Shown in pieces: positions 44,401 through 58,834 of a DNA stretch of 64,000 nucleotides (its first letter is position 1; every line of letters begins with the position of its first letter). This DNA comes from Macrostomum lignano. Its lineage: Eukaryota. The position numbers and the translations under genes are program-made. The DNA is taken from positions 186,001-250,000 of the forward strand of contig NIVC01001096.1 in NCBI GenBank assembly GCA_002269645.1, in the 5' to 3' direction. Under the pieces are notes generated by a model that was not told the DNA's origin, did no database searches, and was given only the letters and a program-made list of their open reading frames with translations.

Positions 44401-47400
44401 ATGGCAACATCTGCTGCAGAGCCTGGAGCTTCTAGAAGCGAACAAGAGCTCATTGCCGATTGCACCTGCCCGGTGTGTCAGGAGCTGTTCCAGCATCCCA
44501 GAGGCTGACAGCCTGCAGGCACACATTCTGCAAGAAGTGCGCCAAAAAGATGGCCGCAAAGACTTCGAATCCGATGGAGGAAGCTGCCGAAATGTCATTT
44601 GGCTTGTTCGGGATGTTTCACCACCGGGAGCGTCAAACTTCGGCGAAGGAGAAGCCGGGCAGCGTCTGCTGTCCCATCTGCAGGGAGACTAGCGAGAAGT
44701 TCGAGCCGGATGAGACCATCGAGTACTTGGTTAAGGTGAGCTAGGTAGGGTGAGTGGACTGATTAGGCTTAGAGTAGGTTTGGGGTAGGTTTAGAAAAGA
44801 TTTGGAGTAGCTTAAGTAGATTTGAAGCAGGTTGAGTAAGACTTGGAGTAGATGGAGTACGTTTAAAGTAGATTTAAAGTAAATTGAGTAAATTTTGAGT
44901 AGGTTTAGAGTAGATTTGAAGTAGGTTGATTAGATTTGGAGTAGGTTGATTAGATTTCAGGTAGGTGGAGTAGATTTTGAGTAAAATTGAGTAGATTTGG
45001 AGTAGGTTGAGTAGATTTAAGGTAGGTTTAGAGTAGATTTAGAGTAGGTTGAATAGACTTGGAGTAGGTTGAGTAGATTTGAAGTTGACTGAGTAGATTT
45101 CAGGTAGGTTTAGTAGATTTGGAGTGGGTTGAGTAGATTTGGAGTTGGCTACGTTGAGTAGACTGTCTCCCCCAAAAACTGCCGCAGGTGCTCCAGGAGA
45201 TGCGACATCAGAGCCGTTGCTCTGGCGCCGAGTCCTGCCTGACCGAAGCCACGCTGCAGTGCCCCTGCTGCGACAAGCGCTTCTGTCAGTCGCACCATGC
45301 AGCCCAGCTTACCGCCCTCAAAGACTCCGGAACCGCTCTGCTCAAAGACCTGGACTCTTTGCTCTTTGAACCGGACCAAAATGGCGACGAGAAGCTGAAG
45401 CAGCTGCAATCAGCGATGTCGGAGTCTGTAGAAATTGAGTCGTTGCTAGCCGAACAGCTTCATCGGAAATTTGCCGATTTTCGCGAACAGATCGGGCTGT
45501 GCCAATCCCAGCTGCAGTCTCCCCTTGTCCCAGATGAGGCCGAGCGGTCGGTGCTGCTCCTGGACAGAGCGGTGCTGAGACAGCTCACCTCCAACGGGGC
45601 CAGCGCCAGGCTTGCCCGTCTGCTACCGGAAGCAAAATCCCGAGCAAAACGCGCTCAGGAGCGTTGGCCTGAGAGGCGGTTGGCTTTGCAGTTTGACGCG
45701 GTGAAAATGCAATACGATTTCGAAGGCTTGCTGGCTCAGCACGCCAGCTCGGCGGTTTTCCAGTCGCCTTACGAGGGCCTGCCGCCCATGCTGACACGAG
45801 TGCGGCAGCAGAATCTCTCGCAGAAGCCCTGGGATATCGGCATCCTGTCCAATCTGGAGGGCATTGTCTGCTGCGATGGGGCCATCAAGCTGCGATCCAG
45901 TGTTGGCGATTCGGCCGGATCGGCTAAAGAGTTGACTGGGCCCCTGCTGGTGATCAATGCTCAGTGCTTTCCCACCAAAATGCTGCACGTTACCGACCTG
46001 GAGGTGAGATGGTGATTGCTGGACTGGGTCATTGTGAGCTGGACTGGGTCATTGTGATCTGGACTGGGTCATTGTGATCTGGACTGGGTCATTGTAATCT
46101 GGACTGGGTCATTGTGAGCTGGACTGGGTTATTGTGAGCTGGACTGGGTCATTGTGAGTTGGACTGGGTCATTGTGGGCTGGACTGGGTCATTGTGAGAT
46201 TGACTGGATTATTGTGAGATTGACTGGGTTATTGGGAGCTGGACTGGGTCATTGTGAGCTGGACTCGGTCATTGGGAGCTGGACTGGGTCATTGCTAGCT
46301 GGACTGGGTGATTGTGAGCTGGACTGGGTCATTGTGATCTGGACTGGGTCATTGTGATCTGGACAGGGTCATTGTGATCTGAACTGGGTCATTGTGAGCT
46401 GGACTGGGTTATTGTGAGCTGGACTGGGTCATTGTGAGTTGGACTGGGTCATTGTGGGCTGGACAGGGTCATTGTGAGCTGGACTGGGTCATTTTGAGCT
46501 GGACTGGGTCATTGTGAGCTGGACTGGGTCATTGTGAGCTGGACTGGGTCATTTTGAGCTGGACTGGGTCATTGTGAGCTGGACTGGGTCATTGTGAGCT
46601 GGACTGGGTCATTGTGAGCTGGACTGGGTCATTTTGAACTGGACTGGGTCATTGTGAGCTGGACTGGGTCATTGTGAGCTGGACTGGGTCATTTTGAGCT
46701 GGACTGGGTCATTGTGAGCTGGACTGGGTCATTGTGAGCTGGACTGGGTCATTGTGAGCTGGACTGGGTCATTTTGAGCTGCACTTGGTCATTATGAGCT
46801 GCACTTGGTCATTATGAGCTGCACTTGGTCATTGTAAGCTGGACTGGGTCATTGCGAGCTGGACTGGGTGATTGTGAGCTGCACTTGGTCATTGTGAGCT
46901 GGACTTGGTCATTGTGAGCTGGACTGGGTCATTGTGAGCTGGACTGGGTCATTGTGAGCTGGACTGGGTCATTGCTAGCTGGACTGGGTGATTGTGAGCT
47001 GGACTGGGTCATTGTGAGCTGGACTTGGTCATTTTGAGCTGGACTGGGTCATTGTGAGCTGGACTGGGTCATTGTGAGCTGGACTGGGTCATTGTGAGCT
47101 GGACTGGGTCATTGTGAGCTGGACTGGGTCATTGTGAGCTGGACTGGGTCATTGTGAGCTGGACTTGGTCATTATGAGCTGCACTTGGTCATTATGAGCT
47201 GCACTTGGTCATTATGAGCTGCACTTGGTCATTGTAAGCTGGACTGGGTCATTGCGAGCTGGACTGGGTGATTGTGAGCTGCACTTGGTCATTGTGAGCT
47301 GGACTTGGTCATTGTGAGCTGGACTGGGTCATTGTGAGCTGGACTGGGTCATTGTGAGCTGGACTGGGTCATTTTGAACTGGACTGGGTCATTGTGAGCT

Positions 47401-49848
47401 GGACTGGGTCATTGTGAGCTGGACTGGGTCATTTTGAACTGGACTGGGTCATTGTGAGCTGGACTGGGTCATTGTGAGCTGGACTTGGTCATTATGAGCT
47501 GCACTTGGTCATTATGAGCTGCACTTGGTCATTGTAAGCTGGACTGGGTCATTGCGAGCTGGACTGGGTGATTGTGAGCTGCACTTGGTCATTGTGAGCT
47601 GGACTTGGTCATTGTGAGCTGGACTTGGTCATTACAAGCTAAATAAACCATACATTAACAGCCCTGCTATCTGCACAATCCAATTTAAACCCAACCTTCC
47701 AGGTGAAGCAGGTGGCTACAATAACTCCCAAGTTCAATGGCGAGGGCATGCCTGGCAGGATGCACATCTACAACCAGCGCCAGCTAATCCTTACCTCAGA
47801 CGCTTCCAGGCACCGAGTCACCGTGTTCAACCTGGAGGGTCGCACTGTGACCAGCTTCGGCGAGAAAGGCTCAGAACCTCGCCAGTTTCACAGTCCTCTC
47901 GGCCTCAGCGCATTTGGCGGTCAAATGTTCGTTGTGGATGCCAAGAATTTGAGGGTGCAGGTGAGTTGTGAATTAGTGCGCCTGCCCGAATCTTGTCTTC
48001 TACTCTGGCAGCATTGAAGTTAAGAATAACTAGAATATCTCTATATCTAAATCTAAATATCTCTATATCTCTATATCTAAATATCTATATCTATATCTAA
48101 ATCTATATCTAATCTATATCTAATCTATATCTATCTATATCTATCTATCTATATCTATATCTATATCTATCTATATCTATATCTATATCTATATCTATAT
48201 CTATATCTATATCTATCTATATCTATATCTATAATCTATAATCTATAATCTAATCTAATCTATATCTATATCTAATCTATATCTAATCTATATCTATATC
48301 TAATATCTATATCTAAATATCTCTATAATGTTCATTTCCAGCCTCTCCTTCTCTCCCCTTCTCTCCCCTTCTCTCCCCTTCTCTTCCTTCTCTTCCTTCT
48401 CTCCCCTTCTCTCCCCTTCTCTTCCTTCTCTCCCCTTCTCTCCCCTTCTCTTCCTTCTCTCCCCTTCTCTCCCCTTCTCTCACCTTCTCTCCTTCTCTCT
48501 CCTTCTCTTTCCTTCTCTCCCCTTCTCTCCCCTTCTCTCCCCTTCTCTCCCCTTCTCTCCCTTCTCTCCCTTTCTCTCACTTTCTCTCCCCTTCTCTCCC
48601 TTCTCTCCCCTTCTCTTTCCTTCTCTCACTTTCTCTCCCCTTCTCTCCCTTCTCTCCCCTTCTCTCCTCTTCTATCCCCTTCTCTCTCCTTCTCTCCTCT
48701 TCTCTCCGCTTCTCTCCCCTTCTCTCTCCTTTCTTTCCCCATCTCTCCTCTTCTCTCCCCTTCCTCTCACCTACTCTCCCCTTCTCTCCCCTTCTCTTTC
48801 CTTCTCTCCCCTTCTCTCCCCTTCTCTCCCCTCCTCTCCCCTTCTCTCCCCTTCTCTCCCCTTCTCTCCCCTCCTCTCCCCTTCTCTCCCCTGAAGTCAG
48901 GGTTGCTGTACTTGTACACCCTGTTTGAGCGTGTATATAGTATTGGCTCAGAACCTCGCCAGTTTCACAGTCCTCTCGGCCTCAGCGCATTTGGCGGTCA
49001 AATGTTCGTTGTGGATGCCAAGAATTTGAGGGTGCAGGTGAGTTGTGAATTAGTGCGCCTGCCCGAATCTTTTCTTCTACTCTGGCAGCATTGAAGTTAA
49101 GAATAACTAGAATTTAAATCTAAATATCTCTATAATGTTCATTTCCAGCCTCTCTCCCCTTCTCTCTCCTTCTCTCCCCTTCTCTTCCTTCTCTCCCCTT
49201 CTCTCCCCTTCTCTCCCCTTCTCTCCCCTTCTCTTCCTTCTCTCCCCTTCTCTCCCCTCCTCTCCCCTTCTCTCCCCTGAAGTCCGGGTTGCTGTACTTG
49301 TACACCCTGTTTGAGCGTGTATATAGTATTGGCTCAGGAAGTTGTGTGAGCGTTGCAAACCGCAGGTATTCGACATGGACAATGACTACAGCTGCTTGGC
49401 ATTGATCAAACACGATGGATTTTCCAATGGACTGCAGTCAGTCCTTGCCACCGACAGTTCCGTATTCGTAGTTGATCGCGAAAATTCGAAGATGTTCGTC
49501 TTCAACAAAGCCAACAGGCAGTCGGTGGCGCCGCCATTGAAACTCGAATGCCAACCGTTCGATGTGGTGGCAGATGACCATGGCAACGCATTGGTGACGC
49601 TCGTCCGAGAGGCCAAAGTGCTGGCAGTGAACAGGTGCGGAACAAAGCTGAAGACATTCGAATTCAAGGAGACAGCCGAAGGCAGGCAGCAGATGCCGGA
49701 CGACTTTCCGATGATGATGATGATGCCGATGCTCATGGCGAATGGCTGCCCGCCCAGGATGTTCCACGGGTTGGCGTTTGAGTCGGGCAGCAGACGGCTG
49801 TACATTGCGGACTTGATGCGGAGCTGCGTTGTGGTGGCGCAGCTCTGA
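44401..49848 (+). CDS. TRIM-NHL protein (RING, B-box-like, coiled coil, NHL propeller); exons 44401-44735, 45188-46003, 47703-47960, 49366-49848; one -1 frameshift at about 44500
   Basis: RING CPVC...[shift]...CRHTFCKKC...CPIC; B-box-like C..C...CPCCDKRFCQSH; NHL motifs SDASRHRVTVFN, FGEKGSEPRQFHSPLGL, DAKNLRVQ|VFD, PFDVVADDHGN, LYIAD. All three introns GT-AG, phase 0. Confidence 0.85.
46021..47636. repeat. 20-bp minisatellite (GGACTGGGTCATTGTGAGCT), about 80 copies, filling TRIM-NHL intron 2
   Basis: Direct periodicity. Confidence 0.95.
48944..49337 (+). repeat. Tandem duplicate of the 3' part of TRIM-NHL exon 3 plus a contracted copy of the following intron
   Basis: 48944-49110 is nearly identical to 47868-48035; the CT-rich tract and downstream GGGTTGCTGTACTTG...GTATTGGCTCAG also recur. 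Confidence 0.85.
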
Positions 49849-50054
49849 CGGCACTGACTGGCTGCGGTCACACATCTGTGCACTGCTTACGCCAAATTTT
49901 TGCTGAAATTTTCATTTTGCAACTTGTAAAACCGGATCAGTTTATTTAATGCATCCACCGCTTAGTAGCTGTGTGCTCTCGTGTAGCTTGCATTGCAGGC
50001 TGGCTGTCTGGCTCAGGAACCACCGGGGCGCGAAACCAGCTAGTCGGCTCTGCT

Positions 50055-50318
<264 letters not shown>

Positions 50319-51164
50319 TATGGGGGAAGGCAGACAGACGGCAGACAGTCAGGCAGGCGGGCGAAATGCTATAAATTATCCTGATTTTCGGAAGCCAGAC
50401 AGACAGACAGACTAACCTAACGCTAAGTAGACCTTCAAACACTTTTACGATGGGTGTAAGAAAAGTAATGAGAAATTCGTTTAAACTTTTGTCTGAATAA
50501 ACTCATGTACTTTATATTTTCATCGGATAATTGACACGTATTGACAACTAAACCACATTTTGAGCTTTATCTAACAGACAGACGTGTTGTATTGTATGCC
50601 AGTCCAGACCTCGAGACTAAAATTCAAATTTTGTCCTTGGCATTCTTGGCTTCTTGAATTTTTCGTGTCTTTATTCGTGAGTTATAATTGTTGGTACTTT
50701 TTATTAAATAATCTTTGTGTTGCTTTGTTTAGATTAGACAATTTTCAACTGTTCAGAAAGCGGCTGAAAACATCACGTGAAATTGTGACAAATTTGCACT
50801 CTAAAACCATTTCATTTATTAAGTAATTACCTACCGCTTGTTGAACAGTTATTAAATATTCTGATTCAACAATAAAGCCACTGTTTTATCCAGATAATAT
50901 TAGATTTTTCTTTTAATCAGCCCAAGCGTTTTATCTCATTCAATTGAACTTTTTTTAAAAGGACAAAACTCGGTCTTGCTGTGAATGCTCGACTCCCTGC
51001 TTAGAAATGACGTACTCTCGAGCAAGGGGAACTTCGTTTGATGCCAAGCAGGCCAAAATATGCCCAGTTATAAGGTACTAAACTAATAATAATAGTTATA
51101 CACAAAAATATTTGTTGTACACTAAATTGTGCCGTACCATGAAGCAGCCGAGAAAGACAGACAG

Positions 51165-51742
51165 ATTATATCTGTGGGTTGTGGCGCCGATTGTATCTGT
51201 GGGTTGTGGCGCCGATTGTACTTGTGGGTTGTGGCGCCGATTGTATTTGTGGGTTGTGGCGCCGATTGTATTTGTGGGTTGTGGCGCCGATTGTATCTAT
51301 GGGTTGTGGCGCCGATTGTATCTGTGGGTTGTGGCGTCGATGGTATTTGTGGGTTGTGTCGCCGATTGTGTTTGTGGGTTGTGGCGCCGATTGTATTTGT
51401 GAGTTGTGGCGCCGATTGTGTCTGTGGGTTGTGGCGTCGATTGTGCTTGCGGGTTGTGGTGCCGATTGTGTTTGTGGATTGTGGCGCCGATTGTATCTGT
51501 ATGTTGTGGCGCCGATGGTATCTGTGGGTTGTGGCGCCGATTGTATCTGTATGTTGTGGCGCCGATGGTATCTGTGGGTTGTGGCGCCGATTATGTTTTT
51601 GGGTTGTGGCGCTGATTGCGTTTTTGGGTTGTGGCGCCGATTGTGTTTGTGGGTTGTGGCGCCGATTGTGCTTGGGTTGTGGCGCCGATTGTATTTGTAG
51701 GTTGTGGCGCCAATTGTCTTAGCGGGTTTTGGCGCCGATTTC
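51165..51742. repeat. 25-bp minisatellite (GTGGGTTGTGGCGCCGATTGTATCT), about 23 copies
   Basis: Direct periodicity. Confidence 0.9.
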
Positions 51743-52224
51743 AATGCCACACATTAGAGATAGAAAAAACTCTGGCTTAAAAGGTTTTTTGATCTACTTA
51801 TAGTAGCTAAAGAGCGCCAAAGTCAATAATAGCTGGCCTTACTGCAAGCCGACTACTCGTATGTTGTCTTAATCATTGTTTTACTCAGTCGAGTCTGACG
51901 ACTTTTTGGGGTGCTGGAGTTCCTATCAGTTAATTGCTGTAAGATTGAACAGTCTTCTAGCAAATTGCAGGCTTCTTAACACTATCAGTTACAGTTTTTC
52001 ACTTGTGTGCTCAGTTAATGCTTGCAATTAAAATTTATAACTCTGTTTGTACAGCGCATCTTCAGACTGGAACAGGATTAAAACAAAAACTGTATAACAA
52101 AAACCTATTTTGAATGAAATAAATTGTTTGAATTGTGCTCCTGTCTCAACAAATTACTGATCCTAGAAATTCTCATGTTATGCTTTCTGATTGTACTTTC
52201 TGCTCAGTTTCTACTTTTAGCATG

Positions 52225-52535
52225 TGTTTAGAATGTGCTTGATGTCTACCTTAGAGAATGTGTTCGATGTCTACCTCAGAATGTGCAATGTCTATCTTAG
52301 AATGTTCTGAATGTCTATCTTAGAATGTGCTTAATGTCTATCTTAGAATGTGCTGAATGTCTACCTTAGAATGGGCTCAATGTCTATCTTAGAATGTTCT
52401 GAATGTCTATCTTAGAATGTGCTTAATGTCTATCTTAGAATGTGCTGAATGTCTATCTTAGAATGTGCTGAATGTCTACCTTAGAATGGGCTCAATGTCT
52501 ATCTTAGAATGTGCTGAATGTTTACCTTAGAATGT
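52225..52535. repeat. 23-bp minisatellite (TTAGAATGTGCTGAATGTCTATC), about 13 copies
   Basis: Direct periodicity. Confidence 0.85.
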
Positions 52536-53034
52536 ACCCACAGTGTGCTCAAATTTCCCTCTATCAGACTCTGTTACCCCACAGTGTGTGAGCAGGATCT
52601 GACGGATGAGGTGTCTTAAAGTACGCTCGTACTTCAATTTTTGCTTGTAAAGAAGAACTCCAAACACAACTGTAACCGCATTAAAGCTGACAACAAAGGC
52701 CTGGCGCTAGAGATTTAGGAATTCTTAAAATCATTTTTTTTCGAAAAACAGCAGCAAGATCTCCTGGCCATGTCCTCACATATCCGTTATCTCCTTTATT
52801 TTATTGCTTCCGATTAGTCTGTTTTCAAAGGTCTTATTCAGAGGGAGGAGCAACGTTCTTCACTGCTCATTTAAACAGCTTAAGAAATTTACATTTTTAA
52901 CTCTGACTAGAATTGTTATAAAGGGGGGGGGCATTTGTAATCCTCTTTTCAGTGAAGCTTAAGATATCACGCTGCTGTGCACTTTTAAACTGTTCTCAAA
53001 TTTCACCCTTCACCCTTCCTGAGATCCCATCATG

Positions 53035-53660
53035 AAATCATAAAATGAGATCCCATCCTGATATCCCATCCTGAGATCTATCCTGATATCCCATCCTGAG
53101 ATCCCATCCTGAGCTCCCATCCTGAGCTCCCATCCTGAGCTCCCATCCTGAGATCCCATCTTGAGATCCCATCCTGAGATCCCATCCTGAGATCCCATCC
53201 TGATATCCCATCCTGAGATCCCACCCTGAGATCATAAAATGAGATCCTATCCTGATATCCCATCCTAAGATCTATCCTGAGATCACATCATGAGATCTAT
53301 CCTGAAATCCTACATTGAGATCTCACACCAATGATCTTAAAATGAGACCCAATCCTGAGATCCTAGCATGAGATTCCATCCTGAGATCCTATCCTGAGAT
53401 CCCATCATGAGATCCCATCCTGAGATCCCATCCTGAGACCCTATCCTGAGATTCTAGAATGAGATTTCATCCTGAGATTCCATCCTGAGATCTCACCCTG
53501 AAAACCTATCCTTAGATCCCATCCTGAGATCCCATCCTGAGATTCTAGAATGAGATTCCATAATGAGATCCCATCCTGAGACCCTATCCTGAGACCCTAT
53601 CCTGAGATTCTAGAATGAGATTCCATAATGAGACCCCTTCCTGAGGCTATAATCTGAGAT
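53035..53660. repeat. Degenerate 13-bp minisatellite (GATCCCATCCTGA)
   Basis: Direct periodicity. Confidence 0.85.
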
Positions 53661-54643
53661 GCCCCAGCAGAAAATCTAAGGGGCGAACAAGTCTGTCTCA
53701 CTAATAACTATAAATACCCGAATAACAATATCATGCCCCACTGGCCCTGAACTCGCAGACAACGCGTGTTGCATTGCGCCTCATCAGGAGCTCGGAAACT
53801 CGCCCAGCCTCCGGCACAGTCAGCCTGCTTCCTTCCCTTGTGCCGCGGTCATTATCACTGACCCGCTGCGCCGCATGGCCTGAGACAGCTCGCACAAATA
53901 TGACGGCGAGAGCTCAGCCGAGCTCTCAGGCTTAACTTCGGATTGCGTGCCAGGCGGGGAAAGAGGGAAATAGGGGAGAGAGGAGGAGACGGGGAGGAGG
54001 GGGGAGACAGCGCAGTGGGTGGCCTCGCTAATGCGTGTGTTTTCTCTCTAACCGACCCCTTCAACGACTGCCACTCCCCCCCCCGAGAGCTAGAGGGAGA
54101 GCTTCCCGGATAAGAAGATGGTACGTGGGGCGCGGGTGACGACGGCTAGATGGCTTCCCAGAAATCCCCAAAAACCACCTAGAGCTTTAGTGTCTATCTG
54201 CCTGCCTCTCGCTTTTTCACTCCCTCTTGGCCCTGAGCAGAAGAAGCTTCTCAATCAAGAAAGAAAAAAATCAGCGCTGAGGAAGAGAAGAGAGAGAGAG
54301 AGGGAGGGTGGGACGGTCGACTGTGGAAGGGCGGTTTGTGGAACGAAAGAGTGGTGAGACGTGAGCTGTTCGACATCCTCCGGTGGCGCCCGCCACCTCC
54401 CGCCGGCGGGGGGGGGGCGGGGTTGGCTGAGGCTGACGTGCTGAAGCCTGAAGCTGCCGGCGCTTCCTATTTGGAGTGATTAAAAGAGCGCGCGGCCAAG
54501 GCTGACAGAATGCAGTGATTTCATGTTTTCGTTTCAGTTATTAAAAAAAAGTCAGTCTGCTAATCTCTCGAAAAGCCGGTAGTGCGCAAGGCTTTACCAA
54601 ACCGACTCCTTTTTCAAGCCAGCAGACAGACAGCGGGTCAGTC

Positions 54644-55972
54644 ATGAGCGGCAAGCCCCGCAGGAAGGTGTCCGCACCCACTGGGCCCGTGTCCTCGGTG
54701 CTCGGCCTGTTCCAATTGCAGCGAACGCCGCCATCTCCGCCGAGGGTTGCGGCCGGCAGTGGCGTCGGTGGGGTCGGTGGTGTCGCCAATTCGAGCACGT
54801 CGCCGGTGCCACCGCGACGTCGATGGGGCCGGCAGAGCGACGCCGCCTCCTCGCTGGCTGGCGCCGCGGCCGCTGCCGCCGCCGTGGCCGCCGCTGCAGC
54901 AACTTCCTCAGCGGCGAAGGACGCCGAGGAGGACGTCAATTCATCGGCCTCTCCATCTAGCGACGCCGAGGACGGCAGAGACGACGACAAGAAGAGGTCG
55001 CAGAAGTCGCACTTTCTTGGAAAACCGCCAATTCACCGGAGCCAATCGACCGGCGATTCAAGAGCTGTGGCTGCCGCTGTGGCAGCTGCGGCTTCGACTG
55101 GGGCGCAGCAAGGAGATAGACAGCTTATGCAGAAATTGGTTTTTTTACGGACAGTTGACTGCCCTTTGATCATTTGGCTGCAGTGTCTTTGATAAATGTA
55201 CACCTTTTAGGGCAGGAATCCTACTGGGCTAGAGATAATGTACACTCTATGGGGCAGGAATCCTACAGGGCTAGAGATAATGTACACTCTATTGGGCAGG
55301 AATCCTACAGGGCTAGAGATAATGTACACTCTATGGGGCAGGAATCCTACAGGGCTAGAGATAATGTACACCTTTTAGGGCAGGAATCCTACTGGGCTAG
55401 AGATAATGTACACTCTATGGGGCAGGAATCCTACAGGGCTAGAGATAATGTACACTCTATGGGGCAGGAATCCTACAGGGCTAGAGATAATGTACACTCT
55501 ATGGGGCAGGAATCCTACAGGGCTAGAGATAATGTACACTCTATGGGGCAGGAATCCTACAGGGCTAGAGATAATGTACACTCTATTGGGCAGGAATCAT
55601 ACAGGGCTAGAGATAATGTACACTCTATGGGGCAGGAATCCTACAGGGCTAGAGATAATGTACACCTTTTAGGGCAGGAATCCTACTGGGCTAGAGATAA
55701 TGTACACTCTATGGGGCAGGAATCCTACAGGGCTAGAGATAATGTACACTCTATGGGGCAGGAATCCTACAGGGCTAGAGATAATGTACACTCTACCATA
55801 CAGAGCTAAAATAACGTGCTCGGTTAATTCCATAAATTTCTTCTGAACAATTGCAGAAATCGAAGATGCAACCCGGCCAAGAAGCGGCAGAGTTGGGCGG
55901 AGTGTACGAAGGCGACCCCGACCAGCACCGACTGTCTTCTAGCGACTTGAGCCGGAGAAAAAAGAAGAGCAT
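54644..55972 (+). CDS. Probable 5' exons of the RGS gene (Ala/Ser-rich exon from ATG 54644; candidate exon 55857-55972)
   Basis: GC-rich open frame with a poly-Ala tract, downstream of GC-box/CRE-like elements. The first-exon donor is ambiguous (AAGAG|GT near 54996 would join in phase to 57531). Exon 55857-55972 has AG/GTGAGT borders and a phase-2 end matching 57531. Confidence 0.45.
55200..55795. repeat. 42-bp intronic minisatellite, about 14 copies
   Basis: Unit GATAATGTACACTCTATGGGGCAGGAATCCTACAGGGCTAGA. Confidence 0.9.
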
Positions 55973-57178
55973 GTGAGTTCGGTGGTGAACTCAAGAGCAC
56001 TTTATTTCTAAAAGTTGGCGATTTAGAATTTCGATAACTACTCCAGGCCGCACCTGGGTTTGGCTCCCACATCTGGGACGGGGTTGAGCTGCGATAATCT
56101 GCAAGGAAGTCGATTCCCTTGTTCAAATATAACTTTATGCTAGCTAAAGTATCCAGGCTTGTACGATTATAAAGCAGACTTGGAGCTTCGTAATTCAGAA
56201 CTGCTTCAACTCTTCCCCCCTGTTAAAGATTATATAAGTGCAGTCGGGTTGACAGGTAAAGAGGAGAGGGAGCTCCACTCCCGACTCAATCGTCTTCATA
56301 CAGCATTGAAACGATGCTTCTCCACATTGCTTGCCTTGAAGGCATCAAATTTCTATGCAAATAAACCCAGTCCCCAGAATTTCCCAATTCCAGCAGGGAG
56401 ATTTGGGATTTTAAATAAGACCTTTTTTATTGTGTTGCACTAATCTAAGGACATCGGGACATCAGTGCACCGGATTCTTCAAGCTTTTCTCCATTTTTTG
56501 GTACATATAGATAAGCTCTGTCTGAAAGAGGTCTGGGCACTTAAGATTGTCCCTTATTTGAGAGTAGTTTGGGGTAGAGTGTTGGTTCTTTATCAGTTCT
56601 CAAGTGTTGGATTTGAGGTAGATTTAGTTGTAGATTTGATCGTAGATCGAAGATAGATTAGGGGTAGATCAGGGGTAGATAGAGCTAGATTGGGAGTACA
56701 TTGTGGGTAGATCGAGGGTAGACTAGAGATAGATTGAGAGTTAGATTTAGGGGTCGATTGAGGGATAGATTGGGGGTAGATTTAGGGTAGATATGGGGTA
56801 GATTGGGGGTAGATCAGGGGTAAATCGGGATAGATTGGGGGTATACTGTACTGTGGGTAGATAAGAGGCAGCTTGGGCTAGATCGGGGTAGATCAGGGGT
56901 ATATCAGAGGTAGATGGGTTAGATCAGGGGTAGATGGGGGGGAAGAAAGTGATACATTGGTGAGGGTAGATTGGGGAATGTTGCTGACATTAAAATACAT
57001 ACGAGCTAAATTGCCTCATTTATGTGGAGTGCAGTGCACACACACGATGCTCTCACTAGCGAATTAATCCCGATGACTGTGTACACTGCTTGCCCTGTAA
57101 AGATAGGCTGCAACTGTACGGCGCACTTTAGTGCCGGAAAGCTGATGCTAAGGTAAAGGTTTTAGAGAGAGGAGGCTT

Positions 57179-57212
<34 letters not shown>

Positions 57213-57530
57213 GGCTTTAGTTACAGACACATGATGCGGAGCTGAGGTTCCTCAGCCCCCGTGCCCCCCCCCCCCGATGTTAGGAAGGATTGGGGAGATG
57301 GGAGGCTGAGAAAGGGAAGATAGAGAGACGGGCGTGAAGGCTCGCTTAACGCAGCCACTCTTCATTGGGAGAATATCGCCGCTCCCAACCCGATTCTAAG
57401 AAAGGGGATTATATATTAGTTGCTAGGGATAATTGGCCCGGCAATGCCGCCTTAGTCTGTTGATGAAATAAATTGTGAAACCATACAGCGACATGTTCGC
57501 GGAATCCGCATCAAATCGACGCATTTGCAG

Positions 57531-58803
57531 AGGCGAAAAATTGAGCTTCCTCAACTGGAAAGGACCAGGCGGTGGCGGCGGCGCCGGTAGCGAAATTTTT
57601 GCATCCGGCGCTTCTTCATCGAGCGTGAGACCGACTCGAGACCAGGTGGTGCGGTGGGGCAGCTCATTTGACAGCTTGTTGAATGACAAGTGTAAGTGAC
57701 TCTTGATTGCGACTCTTTGTTGACGCGCTTTTAGCCATGTATTTGCCATGGACACTATAGCTATGGACACTAGCCATGGACACTATAGCTATGGACACTA
57801 GCCATGGACACTATAGCTATGGACACTAGCCATGGACACTATAGCTATGGACACTAGCCATGGACACTATAGCTATGGACACTAGCCATGGACACTAGCC
57901 ATGGACACTAGCCATGGACACAAGCCATGGACCCTAACCCTGGACACTATAGCTATGGACACTAGCCATGGACACTATAGCCATGGACACTATAGCTATG
58001 GACACTATAGCTATGGACACTATAGCTATGGACACTAGCCATGGACACTATAGCTATGGACACTATAGCTGTGGACACTATAGCTATGGACACTATAGCT
58101 ATGGACACTATAGCTATGTACACTAGCCATGGACACTAGCCATGGACACTATAGCTATGGACACTATAGCTGTGGACACTATAGCTATGGACACTATAGC
58201 TGTGGACACTAGCCATGGACACTATAGCTATGGACACTATAGCTGTGGACACTAGCCATGGACACTATAGCTGTGGACACTATAGCTGTGGACACTAGCC
58301 ATGGACACTAGCCATGGACACTATAGCTATGGACACTATAGCTGTGGACACTAGCCATGGACACTAGCCATGGACACTAGCCATGGACACTATAACTGTG
58401 GACACTAGCCATGGACACTAGCCATGGACACTAGCCATGGACACTATAGCTGTGGACACTAGCCATGGACACTAGCCATGGACACTAGCCATGGACACTA
58501 GCATAATTTCCTCAGGACTGGCTGCGAGGGGATTTTGCCGAGATGTTGCGAATGTGCATATTTTATAAGGACTGCTCACGAGTGCAAGTTAGGTATTGAC
58601 GAATTTTCAATGCTCCAACCGGTCTCGAACCCTCAGACGGGCTGGCGCTGTTCCGAGCGTTCCTCAAAACCGAATACTCGGATGAGAACATCGAATTCTG
58701 GGTGGCCTGCGAGGAGTTTCGCGCGCTGGTCGGGCACAAGAAGCAGGCGGCAAAGGCGCAGAAAATCTATAATGAATTCGTGGCCTTCCAGGCGCCGAGA
58801 GAG
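57531..58803 (+). CDS. Regulator of G-protein signalling (RGS) domain, exons 57531-57691 and 58637-58803; the rest of the domain was not found and probably lies beyond the window
   Basis: Spliced translation RPTRDQVVRWGSSFDSLLNDK|YGLALFRAFLKTEYSDENIEFWVACEEFR...KAQKIYNEFVAFQAPRE is a canonical RGS box; GT-AG intron, phase 1. Confidence 0.9.
57745..58502. repeat. Mixed 13/15-bp minisatellite (GACACTAGCCATG / GACACTATAGCTATG) in an RGS intron
   Basis: Direct periodicity. Confidence 0.9.
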
Positions 58804-58834
58804 GTGAGCAGCCGAGTGGCTTTCGCCAGGGGGA

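Noticed and set aside
56000-56660. Short ORFs 56159-56443 (+) and 56465-56656 (-) as a nested gene
   Set aside because: No recognisable domain, non-ATG starts and no supporting splice pattern.
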